From the IMG/VR virus record IMGVR_UViG_3300027283_000078, positions 1 through 43,101 of that record: a stretch of DNA of 43,101 nucleotides. The stretch is one strand, 5' to 3'. The translations under genes were made by a program, and so were the position numbers. Source of the stretch: a virus. Taxonomy: Duplodnaviria > Caudoviricetes. Within the stretch, counting starts at the first letter, position 1. Each line of letters starts with the position of its first letter. The notes under the pieces are model-generated. The model made no database searches and was not told the origin of the DNA. It saw only the letters and a list, made by a program, of their open reading frames with translations. Shown piece after piece: positions 19,243 to 28,476 of the stretch.

Positions 19243-21401
19243 CAGCGCACCGGCACGCGGCGGGACCGCTCGAATCTGTCGAGCGTGTTCGCCGTGGCCC
19301 GCTTCACGATCCCAGGCGTGGCCAGGGCGATGCCGCGTGCAACGGCCGCCTCGACTGCGCCGGGGTCGTTCGCGCCGCGGGCGTCGACCGCGTAGTAGCT
19401 GATCGTGTCGCCGCCACCCGCATTGCCCTGCGGCTTGATCGCAAAGTTCGGGACAACGGTGCCTGGAACGTCGGGGACGAACACTTCCGGGCCACGCTCG
19501 CCGACGAGAGACGCTATCCCAACGGGCGGACGACCACCCATCGCGAACCCGCCGCCGGGGATGCCAGCCGCCCCAGCATCGGGCAGCATGCCGCCGCCGA
19601 AGCCGAACACGCCACCGCCGCCACCGCCGAACAGCCCGCCGAGGGCCGAGCCTAGCGCGTCGAACAGGCCGGACAGCGGCCCCTTTTTCCCCGCGGCACT
19701 GGCGACCTGCTGCATGCGCAGAAGTTCGGTGATGATGTGCGAAATGGCGGCGACGGCCACGCTCTCCAGGTTCTTGAAGTTGCCGCCGGTCGAAACGAGC
19801 GCATGCTGAAGCCCCCCGAGCATCGCCAGCCCAAGCTGGTCAATCGAGTTCGTCACCTCCTCGACCTTCTCCGGCGCCATTCCAAAGATTCCGTTCGGGT
19901 CGTCCTGGATCAGGTCATTGAGATCCTGGGATGCCTTCTGCAGGTCGTAGACCTTGCCCGCTAGATCGATGATGCCGGCCGCGGCCTCGTGGTTCGTGTC
20001 GATGCCCGCAGCGCGAAGTTGGTTGTAGATCTCCTGTTCGCGCGCCGTGCGGGTGATCTGTTCCCGCTCGAACGCCAGCGCGTCGGTGACGCTCTTGATC
20101 GATGCGGCCTCGCGCTCCGCAGCGCGCTCCGCTTCGTCTGCAGCCTTCTCCGCTTCTGACTTGCCGCGGGCACTGCCGGATCGTCCCTTGGGCTTGGGCT
20201 TGGACGACGCGGGCGGAGCAGTAGCCGGGGGTGGAGGCGGAAGGTTCGGCCCTTGCATCGGCAGGTCTGGCCCATAAAAGCGTCCTTCAAGGGCGACCAA
20301 CTGCGCGTCGATAAGCTGGAGGCGCTTCTGAAGCTTGGCGAGACCAGCGTCGGCACCTTCCATCCCTGCAAACGGCCCGCCCGACGCGGTCCGCGCCTTT
20401 ATCATCGCCTGGACGGTTGCACGCTCCTCCTGGAGACGCGCGCGCTCCGTCTCCTCGTACGGGGCGACAAGTCCCAGCGCTTCTGCGGGCGCACGGCGGA
20501 TGCGGCGGCCGTATGCATCGATCTTCGCCATGAATTCGACTATCGGCGATAGAGTCTCCAGGAGATCAGTCGCGGTCTGCAGGATGGGCGCGAGAACATC
20601 AGTGACTGGCTCGGCGAGCGCCCGCTGGAGGTCCGTCCACTGGTTGTTCAGGATCTGCCACTTGCCGCCGATGGTGTCGGCACGCTTCTCGGCCTCCCCC
20701 GCGAACTCCTTAAGTGCGCCGACCATGATGCGCCCGAACATCTCGGACGTGACTTCGCCCTCGTTGACGAGCCTCCGCAGTCCACCGGCAGACAGCCCTG
20801 CAGCCCGCTCCATCGCCTGCAAGAGTCCGGGCATGGGCTCGGTGACCTGATTGAACTCTTCGGCTCGCACCGTGCCAGACGAGAGTGCCTGCGAGAGGCC
20901 GTACATTACCTGGTTGAGCTGGCCCGCCTCTGCGCCTGTAGCTGCCGCCGCATCGGCGAAGCCCTCCAGCAGCGCCCGCGCCTGCTGGTTGGTGATCAGC
21001 CCCGAGTTCTGAAGCGTCAAAAGCCGGCCATATTGGTCAGTCGTGGCGGCAAGATCCGTTGCGAGGCGGTTGGATGTCTCGCGGAGGTAGTTCTGCGCCT
21101 CATCGTAAGCTTCGGTGGTGCCGGTCAGCGTGCGGATGCGCTGGTCGAGCTGCTCGAACTGGGTGATCGTGCCCAGGATCTCCCGGCCGATCGCAACTCC
21201 GCCGAGCGCCGCACCGATCCCGCCGACGCTGCGGACTACCCCGGCGCTCATCCGCTGGAACCTCGTCTCGACCGCCGCGACGTTCCGGTCGGCGTTGCGC
21301 TCGAATCCGGAGATCGACCGCTCGGCGCGCTGAAGCTCTCGACGCAGCTGCTCGGTGGTCGCGTCGATGCGGACCAGCAGCTGGTCGACTTCACCGGCCA
21401 T
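19242..21401 (-). CDS. Tape measure protein
   Basis: LLVRIDA, LSQALSSGTVRAEEFNQV tape-measure motif, FAMGG...LVGERGPEVFVP. Confidence 0.93.
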   Translation of the reverse strand: MAGEVDQLLVRIDATTEQLRRELQRAERSISGFERNADRNVAAVETRFQRMSAGVVRSVGGIGAALGGVAIGREILGTITQFEQLDQRIRTLTGTTEAYDEAQNYLRETSNRLATDLAATTDQYGRLLTLQNSGLITNQQARALLEGFADAAAATGAEAGQLNQVMYGLSQALSSGTVRAEEFNQVTEPMPGLLQAMERAAGLSAGGLRRLVNEGEVTSEMFGRIMVGALKEFAGEAEKRADTIGGKWQILNNQWTDLQRALAEPVTDVLAPILQTATDLLETLSPIVEFMAKIDAYGRRIRRAPAEALGLVAPYEETERARLQEERATVQAMIKARTASGGPFAGMEGADAGLAKLQKRLQLIDAQLVALEGRFYGPDLPMQGPNLPPPPPATAPPASSKPKPKGRSGSARGKSEAEKAADEAERAAEREAASIKSVTDALAFEREQITRTAREQEIYNQLRAAGIDTNHEAAAGIIDLAGKVYDLQKASQDLNDLIQDDPNGIFGMAPEKVEEVTNSIDQLGLAMLGGLQHALVSTGGNFKNLESVAVAAISHIITELLRMQQVASAAGKKGPLSGLFDALGSALGGLFGGGGGGVFGFGGGMLPDAGAAGIPGGGFAMGGRPPVGIASLVGERGPEVFVPDVPGTVVPNFAIKPQGNAGGGDTISYYAVDARGANDPGAVEAAVARGIALATPGIVKRATANTLDRFERSRRVPVR

Positions 21402-21431
21402 ACGTGCCCCCCCTATGCACGGCGATACGCA

Positions 21432-21620
21432 TCACCGCCCAAGCTGCTGCGCCCACTCTTGCCATTCGCTCTTGCTCGCATGCTCCATATCGCCGTTCGA
21501 CTCGCGCCAAACGTCGATCGCCGCAAACAATTCGTGCGGGGTGGACGACCAGAACTGCGCGGGCGACCATTTCAGGAGCCCGCCTGCGATCCCGAGGAGG
21601 CGGCGAAACGGGTATCCCAT
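21432..21620 (-). CDS. Tail assembly chaperone, downstream (gpT-like) part
   Basis: LKWSPAQFWSSTPHEL motif; overlaps the upstream chaperone in the -1 frame. Confidence 0.8.
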   Translation of the reverse strand: MGYPFRRLLGIAGGLLKWSPAQFWSSTPHELFAAIDVWRESNGDMEHASKSEWQEWAQQLGR

Positions 21621-21979
21621 ATCCCCAGCTTCGCCGCGTCGGCTTCCCCCAGTTTTTGCCCTCCCGTGAGGCCGGACAGGAGGAACCGCGCCACCGCCCC
21701 CTGCACTTCCGAGAGCCCCGTGGCCGCCAGCATATCGCCCGCTGTCTCCACCGTGGCGGGCTCGCCGGCTCCCCGCAGTCCGGCAGCGACGACGGCCGCG
21801 GTCCGCTTGATGCCGAGCCGGAAGGTGAGCACCGCCTGGAAGAGCGCCGGCAGTTCGAGGCCGGTTTCCTCCTCGCACTCGGATAGCGCGGAGAAGGACG
21901 GCCGAAGCACGAACGGCTTTGGCTTGGCCCCGACCGTAAGGCTGATGGGCACATCGCCCCGATGCTTGTTCGGCGTCAT
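21572..21979 (-). CDS. Tail assembly chaperone (gpG-like)
   Basis: NKHRGDV...LRPSFSALSECE; located between tail tube and tape measure genes. Confidence 0.8.
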   Translation of the reverse strand: MTPNKHRGDVPISLTVGAKPKPFVLRPSFSALSECEEETGLELPALFQAVLTFRLGIKRTAAVVAAGLRGAGEPATVETAGDMLAATGLSEVQGAVARFLLSGLTGGQKLGEADAAKLGIWDTRFAASSGSQAGS

Positions 21980-22401
21980 GCGGGCTCGGTCGCCGCATAC
22001 ACGGGCGTTCCATTGTTCGCCACGGTGATGCTGTACTCGGTCGCACCGTCCTTCGTGCCGCCCACGTCGAATTGGGTGATCTGGAACGGCCCCTCATAGT
22101 GGGCACCCGCAGAATTCAGAACGATCCGGCAGTTCACGTCCGTCCCGGCTTCCCATGCCTCGCGGAGAGCGTCGAGGCCGGTGGTATCCGGCCAATTTGC
22201 AACGCCTGTCGCGGTGACCGTCATGCTCTTGAGGCCGCCGAGCGTCGCGCCCCAGTCGCTGCCCACCTTGTCGCCCACGTCGATGGGGGCCGAAGCGCCG
22301 GCCATGCGCGTGTCCTGCTGACCGGCCAGCGTCGAGAAGACTTCCGGCGACGCACCGTCGCCGACTTTCAAGAGCACCTTGGTGCCGCGTTCCTTAGCCA
22401 C
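21976..22401 (-). CDS. Major tail tube protein (TP901-1 family)
   Basis: GTKVLLKVGDGASPEVF, GLKSMTVTATGV, YEGPFQIT; GTG start with AGGAG. Confidence 0.9.
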   Translation of the reverse strand: MAKERGTKVLLKVGDGASPEVFSTLAGQQDTRMAGASAPIDVGDKVGSDWGATLGGLKSMTVTATGVANWPDTTGLDALREAWEAGTDVNCRIVLNSAGAHYEGPFQITQFDVGGTKDGATEYSITVANNGTPVYAATEPA

Positions 22402-22413
22402 AGTCCTGTACTC

Positions 22414-22827
22414 CTAGCCTTGGGTGACGATCCGGAATCGCGTGACGCCGTGCATTGTGATCCCGTCCGGATCCGGGTTCACCTCGGCGTACTCATGCCT
22501 GCACATGACGAGGCCCCAGGTCGCGACCGGCGGAGAGCCGCCGTCGTCGATCTGCAGGCTCTCGCTGTTGTGCAGGGTGCCGTAGATCGCGCTCATCAGG
22601 TCCCGCGCCGCCTTGCGGCCGCGGTGCGCCTGGGTCCAGACATGAACATTCGCCGTGTGCTCCTGCCCGTCTTCGGTCTTCGTCCCGTCTTCCACCGTCG
22701 TGATGTCGCCGATGGTGACGTAAGGCGTTGCCTGATCCGGCGGCACATAGTCGAGCACCGGCACGGACAGAGCAGCGCTGAGCGCCTGGTACAGCGCCCG
22801 CTGCACCGCCAGTCCTGCGTCACTCAT
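22414..22827 (-). CDS. Tail terminator (DUF3168)
   Basis: VQRALYQAL, DYVP, PYVTIG, HVWT, HGVTRFR. Confidence 0.88.
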   Translation of the reverse strand: MSDAGLAVQRALYQALSAALSVPVLDYVPPDQATPYVTIGDITTVEDGTKTEDGQEHTANVHVWTQAHRGRKAARDLMSAIYGTLHNSESLQIDDGGSPPVATWGLVMCRHEYAEVNPDPDGITMHGVTRFRIVTQG

Positions 22828-23287
22828 CGCTCGACGAGCCCCCGCCGCCAGGATCGGTGATCGTGCCGCCGCGCGCCGCCGTCCGGATCGCCCGGCTGAT
22901 CGCGGCGTTGATCCGCGGCCGGTAGTAGGCCTTGTTGATCTTGAACGACGGGATCAGGAACGGCTTCGGCTGAACGCCGGGGTGCATACCGGACCCAATC
23001 CTGTGCGGCCGGGTGCCGAACTCGACCCAGCGCGAGAAGTAGGCCGCCCTGCGCGCCTTCTTCGTGATGATGCCGACACGAACGGTGAGGCCGTCGCGCG
23101 ACTTCCGCACCTCGATGTTCCGGGCGATCGTCTTGCTCACCGGCGCGACAGCCTTGATGCCGTCCTGCCGCGTCGCCTCGCCGAAGTCGGCAACCTCCCG
23201 CTTGACCGAGGCCACGACGTTGTCGTCGAGACGACGAAGCAGCCGGCGGACATTGCTGCCCCCCGTTATCCTTGCCCGGCGCGCCAT
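22820..23287 (-). CDS. HK97 gp10-like tail completion protein
   Basis: YFSRWVEFGT, HPGVQPKPFLIPS; start MARR coupled to the upstream stop. Confidence 0.85.
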   Translation of the reverse strand: MARRARITGGSNVRRLLRRLDDNVVASVKREVADFGEATRQDGIKAVAPVSKTIARNIEVRKSRDGLTVRVGIITKKARRAAYFSRWVEFGTRPHRIGSGMHPGVQPKPFLIPSFKINKAYYRPRINAAISRAIRTAARGGTITDPGGGGSSSDE

Positions 23288-23616
23288 CAGACGGCGACGC
23301 CTTCTTCCGCCCGGATCGTCCGATACAGTGCTCGCGCGCCGGGATCCGGTGCATGTCTGATGTTCAGGACGACACTCCCCCAAAGCAGGCGCTGAGCGGG
23401 AGCGATCGCGCGATTGCGGATCACCACGTCGTACATGGCCGAGCCCTGAAGCTGGCCGGCCTGCACATGCTCCCGGCCGCTGACCGGCATGACATCTGCC
23501 CAAACCGTTGCCGTCGTGCTCCACGCAACATCGTACCCGCCCGCTCCATCCGGCTCGCGGACCTCCGTCTGGATCGACACACGCTGGTCGAGGCTGCCCG
23601 CGGATGGCGCTCTCAC
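23287..23616 (-). CDS. Head closure / head-tail adaptor (SPP1 gp16-like)
   Basis: AGSLDQRVSIQ, DGAGG, TVWADV.P.SGRE; GTGA-coupled start. Confidence 0.88.
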   Translation of the reverse strand: MRAPSAGSLDQRVSIQTEVREPDGAGGYDVAWSTTATVWADVMPVSGREHVQAGQLQGSAMYDVVIRNRAIAPAQRLLWGSVVLNIRHAPDPGARALYRTIRAEEGVAV

Positions 23617-24191
23617 AGATAGATCCTCTGCTGATCGAGCAGCGCCTTCACGGCGAACGGCAGTTCGGCCGTGATCGTCCCGATGACGACGGTCTCGCGG
23701 CTCGCAAACCAGTGGCCGACCAGCAGCTTCAGCGCCTGCTTCACGGACGCGGGTCCGGCCCATGCTTCCGGGCTGTTGCCGTCTCCCGGCCAGCCGGCCG
23801 TCACCGTGATGCGCAGCGCCGTCGCGCTGTCCGGCGCGGATGGCCAAGCCGCAGTGCTGCCGACGAGCCGAGAGGGCCGCCATGGCAGCAGCGCATACGC
23901 CGCCGCATCAACCGCCGTCTCCGGACTCTCGCCCTCGAACGCGATGGCGTCGACGCTCTCGACCGGCCAGACGGGGATGGTCAGCGGAAGCCGGCTGTCG
24001 GCATCGAGCCGCACCGCATACTGCGCCTGGGCCAGCGCCAGGTTGCAGTGCTGCTCGACATAGCTGATCGCCGCATCCGTGTAGGCACCGATCGTCGCGT
24101 CCTCGTCCGCATGATCGACGCGCAGGTGCGCCTTCATCTCGGCGAGCGGCACCGGCTCGACCGTCGGCTCCGTCAGGCGGGTCAGCTTCAT
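23613..24191 (-). CDS. Head-tail connector (HK97 gp6-like)
   Basis: EPVPLAEMKAHLRVD, KQALKLLVGHWFASRE, LPFAVKALL; ATGA-coupled start. Confidence 0.9.
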   Translation of the reverse strand: MKLTRLTEPTVEPVPLAEMKAHLRVDHADEDATIGAYTDAAISYVEQHCNLALAQAQYAVRLDADSRLPLTIPVWPVESVDAIAFEGESPETAVDAAAYALLPWRPSRLVGSTAAWPSAPDSATALRITVTAGWPGDGNSPEAWAGPASVKQALKLLVGHWFASRETVVIGTITAELPFAVKALLDQQRIYL

Positions 24192-24784
24192 GTCGCAGCA
24201 CTCGGGATGTACGCGGGCGCTGCGCCGAGCCGCACAAACCACGTGAAATTCAAGTCCGTCTCGACGCGCCAGCCGTGCCTGCGGGCCCACTCGTCCACCG
24301 CGACATCGACGCCGAAGCGGAAGGCGGGGTCGGGGTTCGCGTAGTCATGGCCGCCGATCCAGCCGCCCGGCCGCACCTTCGGCGCCCAGGCCGCGATGTC
24401 CTCGCGCACGCCCTCATAGGAGTGGTCGGCGTCGAGGAAGACCATGTCGAGCGATCCGTCCGCGACGCCCGCGGCGGCCTCCGCCGATGTCGTCGGCACG
24501 ATCGTCGCCCGCCCGCAGAAATGCCGGGCCCTATTCTCCGCCTCGCGCCGGTGCCGCGCCACGCGGGGTTCGTCGTGCACCGCGTGGACGTCGCCCGTCG
24601 CCTTGTACCGGGCAGGCTGCCGGTCAGCCGGCGCCCAGCTGTCCACCATCAACAGATGCAGTCCAACATGCCGGCGCAGCAGGAACTCCGACAGGACCCC
24701 CGTCAGCACGCCGATCTCGGCGGCCCGCGCGATTGTGGGCAACCGGCGCAGGATCGCCGCGCCGCGCTGCTCGAACGGCTTCAT
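24188..24784 (-). CDS. Class I SAM-dependent methyltransferase (Methyltransf_24-like)
   Basis: AEIGVLTG, VDSW, LDMVFLDADHSYEGV, PGGWIGGHDY; TAATG-coupled start. Confidence 0.88.
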   Translation of the reverse strand: MKPFEQRGAAILRRLPTIARAAEIGVLTGVLSEFLLRRHVGLHLLMVDSWAPADRQPARYKATGDVHAVHDEPRVARHRREAENRARHFCGRATIVPTTSAEAAAGVADGSLDMVFLDADHSYEGVREDIAAWAPKVRPGGWIGGHDYANPDPAFRFGVDVAVDEWARRHGWRVETDLNFTWFVRLGAAPAYIPSAAT

Positions 24785-25389
24785 TAAACCTCCCATGGCC
24801 GCGGCTTGCCGTGATGGACCACCAGGCGCGCGCGGGCGGGCATACCGCCGCCTCGTCGCATCACATGGGCCTTGTACGACACGATCTGCCCGGGCACCGC
24901 GTCCTGCAGGCGCCGCGCGCTCTGCAGCCAGTGGCGCTCAATGAACGCCTGGTCGCCGCCGCGTCGGTAATGGTCCATCCACCCGAGCGGCCGGGCGCTC
25001 CAGCTGTCCCAGATCGCCGCGCGGCAGGCCTCCGGCAGCACCATCACTGCGCTCTGCAACCCGTCCGGCCGGTACACGTCGCGCATCAGCGCCGGCCCGG
25101 GCACCGCCGCGATATCGGCGAGGCTGCCGACGATCGTCACGTCGAGGTCGAGAAACAGCAGGTCGCCGCGAACGTCGTTCGCGAAGATCTCCATCTTCGA
25201 CCACCAGCCGGGCCACCGATGGCGCAGCGGCAGGGTCGCGATGCCGAACCGCTCCACCTCGCGCTGCATGTCCGTCAGGCACACCATCGCCGCCCCGGGG
25301 TCGTGCATTTCGATCTGGCAGTTCAGCCGCGCGACGTGCTCGGGGCGGAAATCGCCGCCGGAGCGCAGGACGCATGCGATCTTCAGCAT
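24784..25389 (-). CDS. GT-A fold glycosyltransferase (GT8-like)
   Basis: WPGWWSKMEIF, LFLDLD (DxD), QSAVM, GDQAFI, HGKPRPW. Confidence 0.8.
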   Translation of the reverse strand: MLKIACVLRSGGDFRPEHVARLNCQIEMHDPGAAMVCLTDMQREVERFGIATLPLRHRWPGWWSKMEIFANDVRGDLLFLDLDVTIVGSLADIAAVPGPALMRDVYRPDGLQSAVMVLPEACRAAIWDSWSARPLGWMDHYRRGGDQAFIERHWLQSARRLQDAVPGQIVSYKAHVMRRGGGMPARARLVVHHGKPRPWEV

Positions 25390-26100
25390 GCCAGCGCGTC
25401 CTCGAACTTGACCTTGGGATAGGCTTCGAGCGCCGACATCGGCGAGGCGTTCAGGACCTCGATCCCGAGCCCGGTCAGCGTCGTCGCGGCCGCCTCGATC
25501 ACGCGGCGCCAGCGAGCGACGTTTCCGGCCATCGGGTTGTTCAGCTCCGAAGGATGCGGGCCGTGCCAGTGAACGCCGTTCGCCAACGTCATGTCGTAGC
25601 CGACAAGCACGATGCGCCGGACGCCGAACTGCGCAGCGAGATTGAGGGCATGGAAGCCGGAGTTGCCCCCCCAGCCGAGCACGCCGGGCGTGTCGAGCAG
25701 CAGGCGATCCTGCTCGCGCGTCACATGCACCTGCCGCACACCCCAGGGCTTTCGGCAGGCCTTCTCGTCCTGGCTGACCTTAGTGCCCGCGAACTGCGGC
25801 ACGCCACCGTGCAGGCGCCACCAGGCGAAGTCGCAGGCATAGAGCAGATCCGCCCACGGCGCGAGGCGCCAGGAATCGTTGATCACGACGACCCTAGCCC
25901 GTCCACGGGCCAGGCCGAGGTCGACGGCTGCGGCGCTGGGCCCGGCGGCGACGAGGACCGCGGTCTCGCCACGCCAGTCTGGCCACCAGTCGGGGTGGCC
26001 GGCTCTGCTTCCGTTCGCCCCTGGGGCCTGGGCCTCGGCGTCCCGCCCGCCGGCTTCCCCGGCTTCGCCGGGTTCTGCACAGGCGGCCGCGACGTAGGGT
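25383..26100 (-). CDS. Maf/DUF115-like (sialyltransferase-related) glycosyltransferase domain; start uncertain, possibly made by frameshift
   Basis: AVLVAAGPS, VINDSW...ADLLYACD, NSGFHALNLA...IVLVGYDM; no ATG/GTG/TTG in frame between about 26100 and the GPS motif. Confidence 0.7.
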
Positions 26101-26257
26101 TCCCGGCGCCGCCCGGGCCGCCCCCTTCCAGAAGCACCGGCGCCACCAGCCCGCGCCGCTGCAGATCCGCAGCGCGATAGTCGGCTACGTCGAGCAGCTG
26201 GTTGCGGCGCACCAGCCCTTCGTTGCCGTAGAAGCCTTTCCGTGCCTTCAAGAGCAT
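25883..26257 (-). CDS. Small post-capsid protein with low-complexity Pro-rich tail
   Basis: GGAG RBS; about 40-aa compact domain (LKARKGF...AADLQRRGLV) typical of the gene after HK97-like capsids. Confidence 0.75.
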   Translation of the reverse strand: MLLKARKGFYGNEGLVRRNQLLDVADYRAADLQRRGLVAPVLLEGGGPGGAGNPTSRPPVQNPAKPGKPAGGTPRPRPQGRTEAEPATPTGGQTGVARPRSSSPPGPAPQPSTSAWPVDGLGSS

Positions 26258-26277
26258 GTCGATCTCCGGAGACGGGT

Positions 26278-26297
26278 CGGGCGGCCGAAGCCGCCCG
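26278..26297 (-). other. UUCG-tetraloop hairpin after the capsid gene
   Basis: CGGGCGGC-TTCG-GCCGCCCG perfect 8-bp stem with no U-tract. Confidence 0.7.
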
Positions 26298-26305
26298 CCA
26301 CATCA

Positions 26306-27622
26306 TCAGCCGCTGACGTTGCCGAAATCGCCCAGCACCAGGGCCGCCGGCCGCTTGACCGCCAGTGCGAGCCGCTTCTCGGCGCGCACCGTCAGCATGT
26401 TCTTGATGAAGTTGTCCCGGTCCTCCGAGGAGATCAGGACTTCCGCATCCATGCGGTCGTAAATCATCGCGGCCATGCGGAAGGCGCCGACCAGGAACTC
26501 GTCGACGTCCATCGCCTGGGTCTCCAGGACGGCCTTGCCCCAGAGGCCGGGGGCGTTCATGCCGCGCGGGTTTGCCCAGAGGTAGCGGTTCTCGCCGTCC
26601 TTCAGCAGCTCGATCTTCGCCCAGTCGGTCGGGTTGATCACGATGCCGTCGGCCGGATACTCGGCGAGCGACGCCTGCAGGACCGCCAGCCGCAGCGTGT
26701 CGATCATCGTGGCGCCCGACACGGCGAATGGAGCGGAATACGCCGTCGCGAGGGTCGTCAGTCCCGACAGGTGCTCGCCGGTGCCGTCGCCCTTCAGGAT
26801 CTCCAGCTCTTCGGCATACTCGAGGCCGTACCGGAGCTCGCCGTCGATCTCGCTCTGCAGGACCGCGATGTCGTCCATCGCCTGGCGCGAGACGTGAACC
26901 CAGTGGGCGATCGTGCGGACCGGGGCGTCGTACTTCGCGTAGACGTAGTTCGACTCCGGCTTCTGTGCGCTCTCGCTGACGACGGCCGCATTGTTGGTGC
27001 GGGTCGTCTGGCGCACATACTCGATCAGGTTCGAGGTGGTGCGCCCAGCCGGGATCAGGTTGCGGATCGTCATCTGCCGACGAGGCAGGCCGACGATCTC
27101 GGTATCGCGCTGCGGCACGATCAACGTCCCGGCCGACCCGGAGCCGGACGTGATCGCCTGGTTGACGTCGATCCGCAGGCTGCCCCGGGCGCCGCTGGCG
27201 GCGAACGCCTTGAGCGCCTCGGCACCGGCGACCTGTTCGCCCCAGGACTGGGGCTGACTGCCGCCGTTCTCACGCCGCGCCGCCAGCTTCTGCTCGAGAT
27301 CCTGGTTGCGCGTCTCGACGGTCTCGACCTTGCTCGTCAGCGCCTTCACTGCGTCGCCGAGCTTCGTCTGGTTCGCGAGCAGCTCGTCCGCCTTGTTCTT
27401 CACCTCGTCGGAGACACGGCCGGCATCCTTGCTCTGCCTCAACGCCTCTTCGGCCGTCTGCTTCACGCTGTCGCCGACGCGCTTCAGCTCGGCGTTCACG
27501 TCCTTCAGCAGCTGCTCGATATTGCCGGCGCCGGCGTCGCTGCGCACCGAACCGATCACGGCATCCGGGCGCGCAGCCATCATCGCCGCGAGCGACACCC
27601 GCGGCATCCAAACCTTTTTCAT
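26306..27622 (-). CDS. Major capsid protein, HK97 family
   Basis: Coiled-coil delta domain, ESAQKPES, VRTIAHW, EILKGDGTG, FIKNMLTVRAEKRLAL. Confidence 0.96.
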   Translation of the reverse strand: MKKVWMPRVSLAAMMAARPDAVIGSVRSDAGAGNIEQLLKDVNAELKRVGDSVKQTAEEALRQSKDAGRVSDEVKNKADELLANQTKLGDAVKALTSKVETVETRNQDLEQKLAARRENGGSQPQSWGEQVAGAEALKAFAASGARGSLRIDVNQAITSGSGSAGTLIVPQRDTEIVGLPRRQMTIRNLIPAGRTTSNLIEYVRQTTRTNNAAVVSESAQKPESNYVYAKYDAPVRTIAHWVHVSRQAMDDIAVLQSEIDGELRYGLEYAEELEILKGDGTGEHLSGLTTLATAYSAPFAVSGATMIDTLRLAVLQASLAEYPADGIVINPTDWAKIELLKDGENRYLWANPRGMNAPGLWGKAVLETQAMDVDEFLVGAFRMAAMIYDRMDAEVLISSEDRDNFIKNMLTVRAEKRLALAVKRPAALVLGDFGNVSG

Positions 27623-27633
27623 GGGTACTCCCG

Positions 27634-28476
27634 CTAAAGAGATTTCAGACTGTTGAGGAGGTCCTTGACCTCCGAGACGACGGCAGCGCCAGACATGCCG
27701 GTCGGGGCAGCGCCGGGCATGCCCCCCTTCAGAGCGGCCAGGAGTTCCCGGCGCTCCGATCTCGTGACGCCCGCTCGCGCGAGCAGGGTGTCGATCTTGT
27801 GTGCGGCCACCACGGGGCGGCCGGTCGCATCGTTCCGTGCACTCGTGTCGATCTCGTCGGACGCCAGCAGGCTGTCGGCGAAGCCCTTCTCGACGGCGTC
27901 GGCGCCGCCGATCCAGGTCTCGCGGTCAAGCATCTTGCCGATGTTCTTCGGCTCCAGACCGGAGCGCGCCGCATAGATGTCCACCGCCGCCTGGTCGAAC
28001 GGTTCGAGCCAGGTAGCGACGTCGCGCAGCTGGTGCCGGTCACCCATCGCGACGACCCAGGTGTTGTGAATCATCAGGAAGCCGGCGCGCGCGATCTGCA
28101 CCTCGTCGCCCGCCATCGCGATGATCGACGCGGCCGAGGCGGCGATGCCGAGGATCTTGACGGTCACCTTCGCCGGGTGCTCGCGCAGCTCGTTGTAGAT
28201 CGCCAGCCCCTCGAAATAGTCCCCGCCGGGCGAGTTGACGTTGACGACGACGTCCTTCTTCCCGATCGCGCGCAGCGCCGCAGCGATCCGCTTCGCCGTC
28301 ACGCCCTCGCCGTACCAGTCGGCCCCGATGACATCGAGGACCGAGATGGTGTTGTCGGCATCGTCGCCGGCTGCATGGACGTCCGGGTTCCAGCGGCTCA
28401 GCGCCGCCGGCATGATCTCGGTGCGCACGCCGGGCCGCGCGGCGGTCACCGCGTTCGGCAGCTGCCGCTTACTCAT
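27634..28476 (-). CDS. ClpP-like head maturation protease
   Basis: VNSPGGD, GIAASAASIIAMAGD, LMIHN, ETW...AVEKGFAD. Confidence 0.93.
   Translation of the reverse strand: MSKRQLPNAVTAARPGVRTEIMPAALSRWNPDVHAAGDDADNTISVLDVIGADWYGEGVTAKRIAAALRAIGKKDVVVNVNSPGGDYFEGLAIYNELREHPAKVTVKILGIAASAASIIAMAGDEVQIARAGFLMIHNTWVVAMGDRHQLRDVATWLEPFDQAAVDIYAARSGLEPKNIGKMLDRETWIGGADAVEKGFADSLLASDEIDTSARNDATGRPVVAAHKIDTLLARAGVTRSERRELLAALKGGMPGAAPTGMSGAAVVSEVKDLLNSLKSL

Noticed and set aside
26278-26297. Rho-independent terminator after the capsid gene
   Set aside because: Strong stem but no U-tract; kept only as a stabilising or attenuating hairpin
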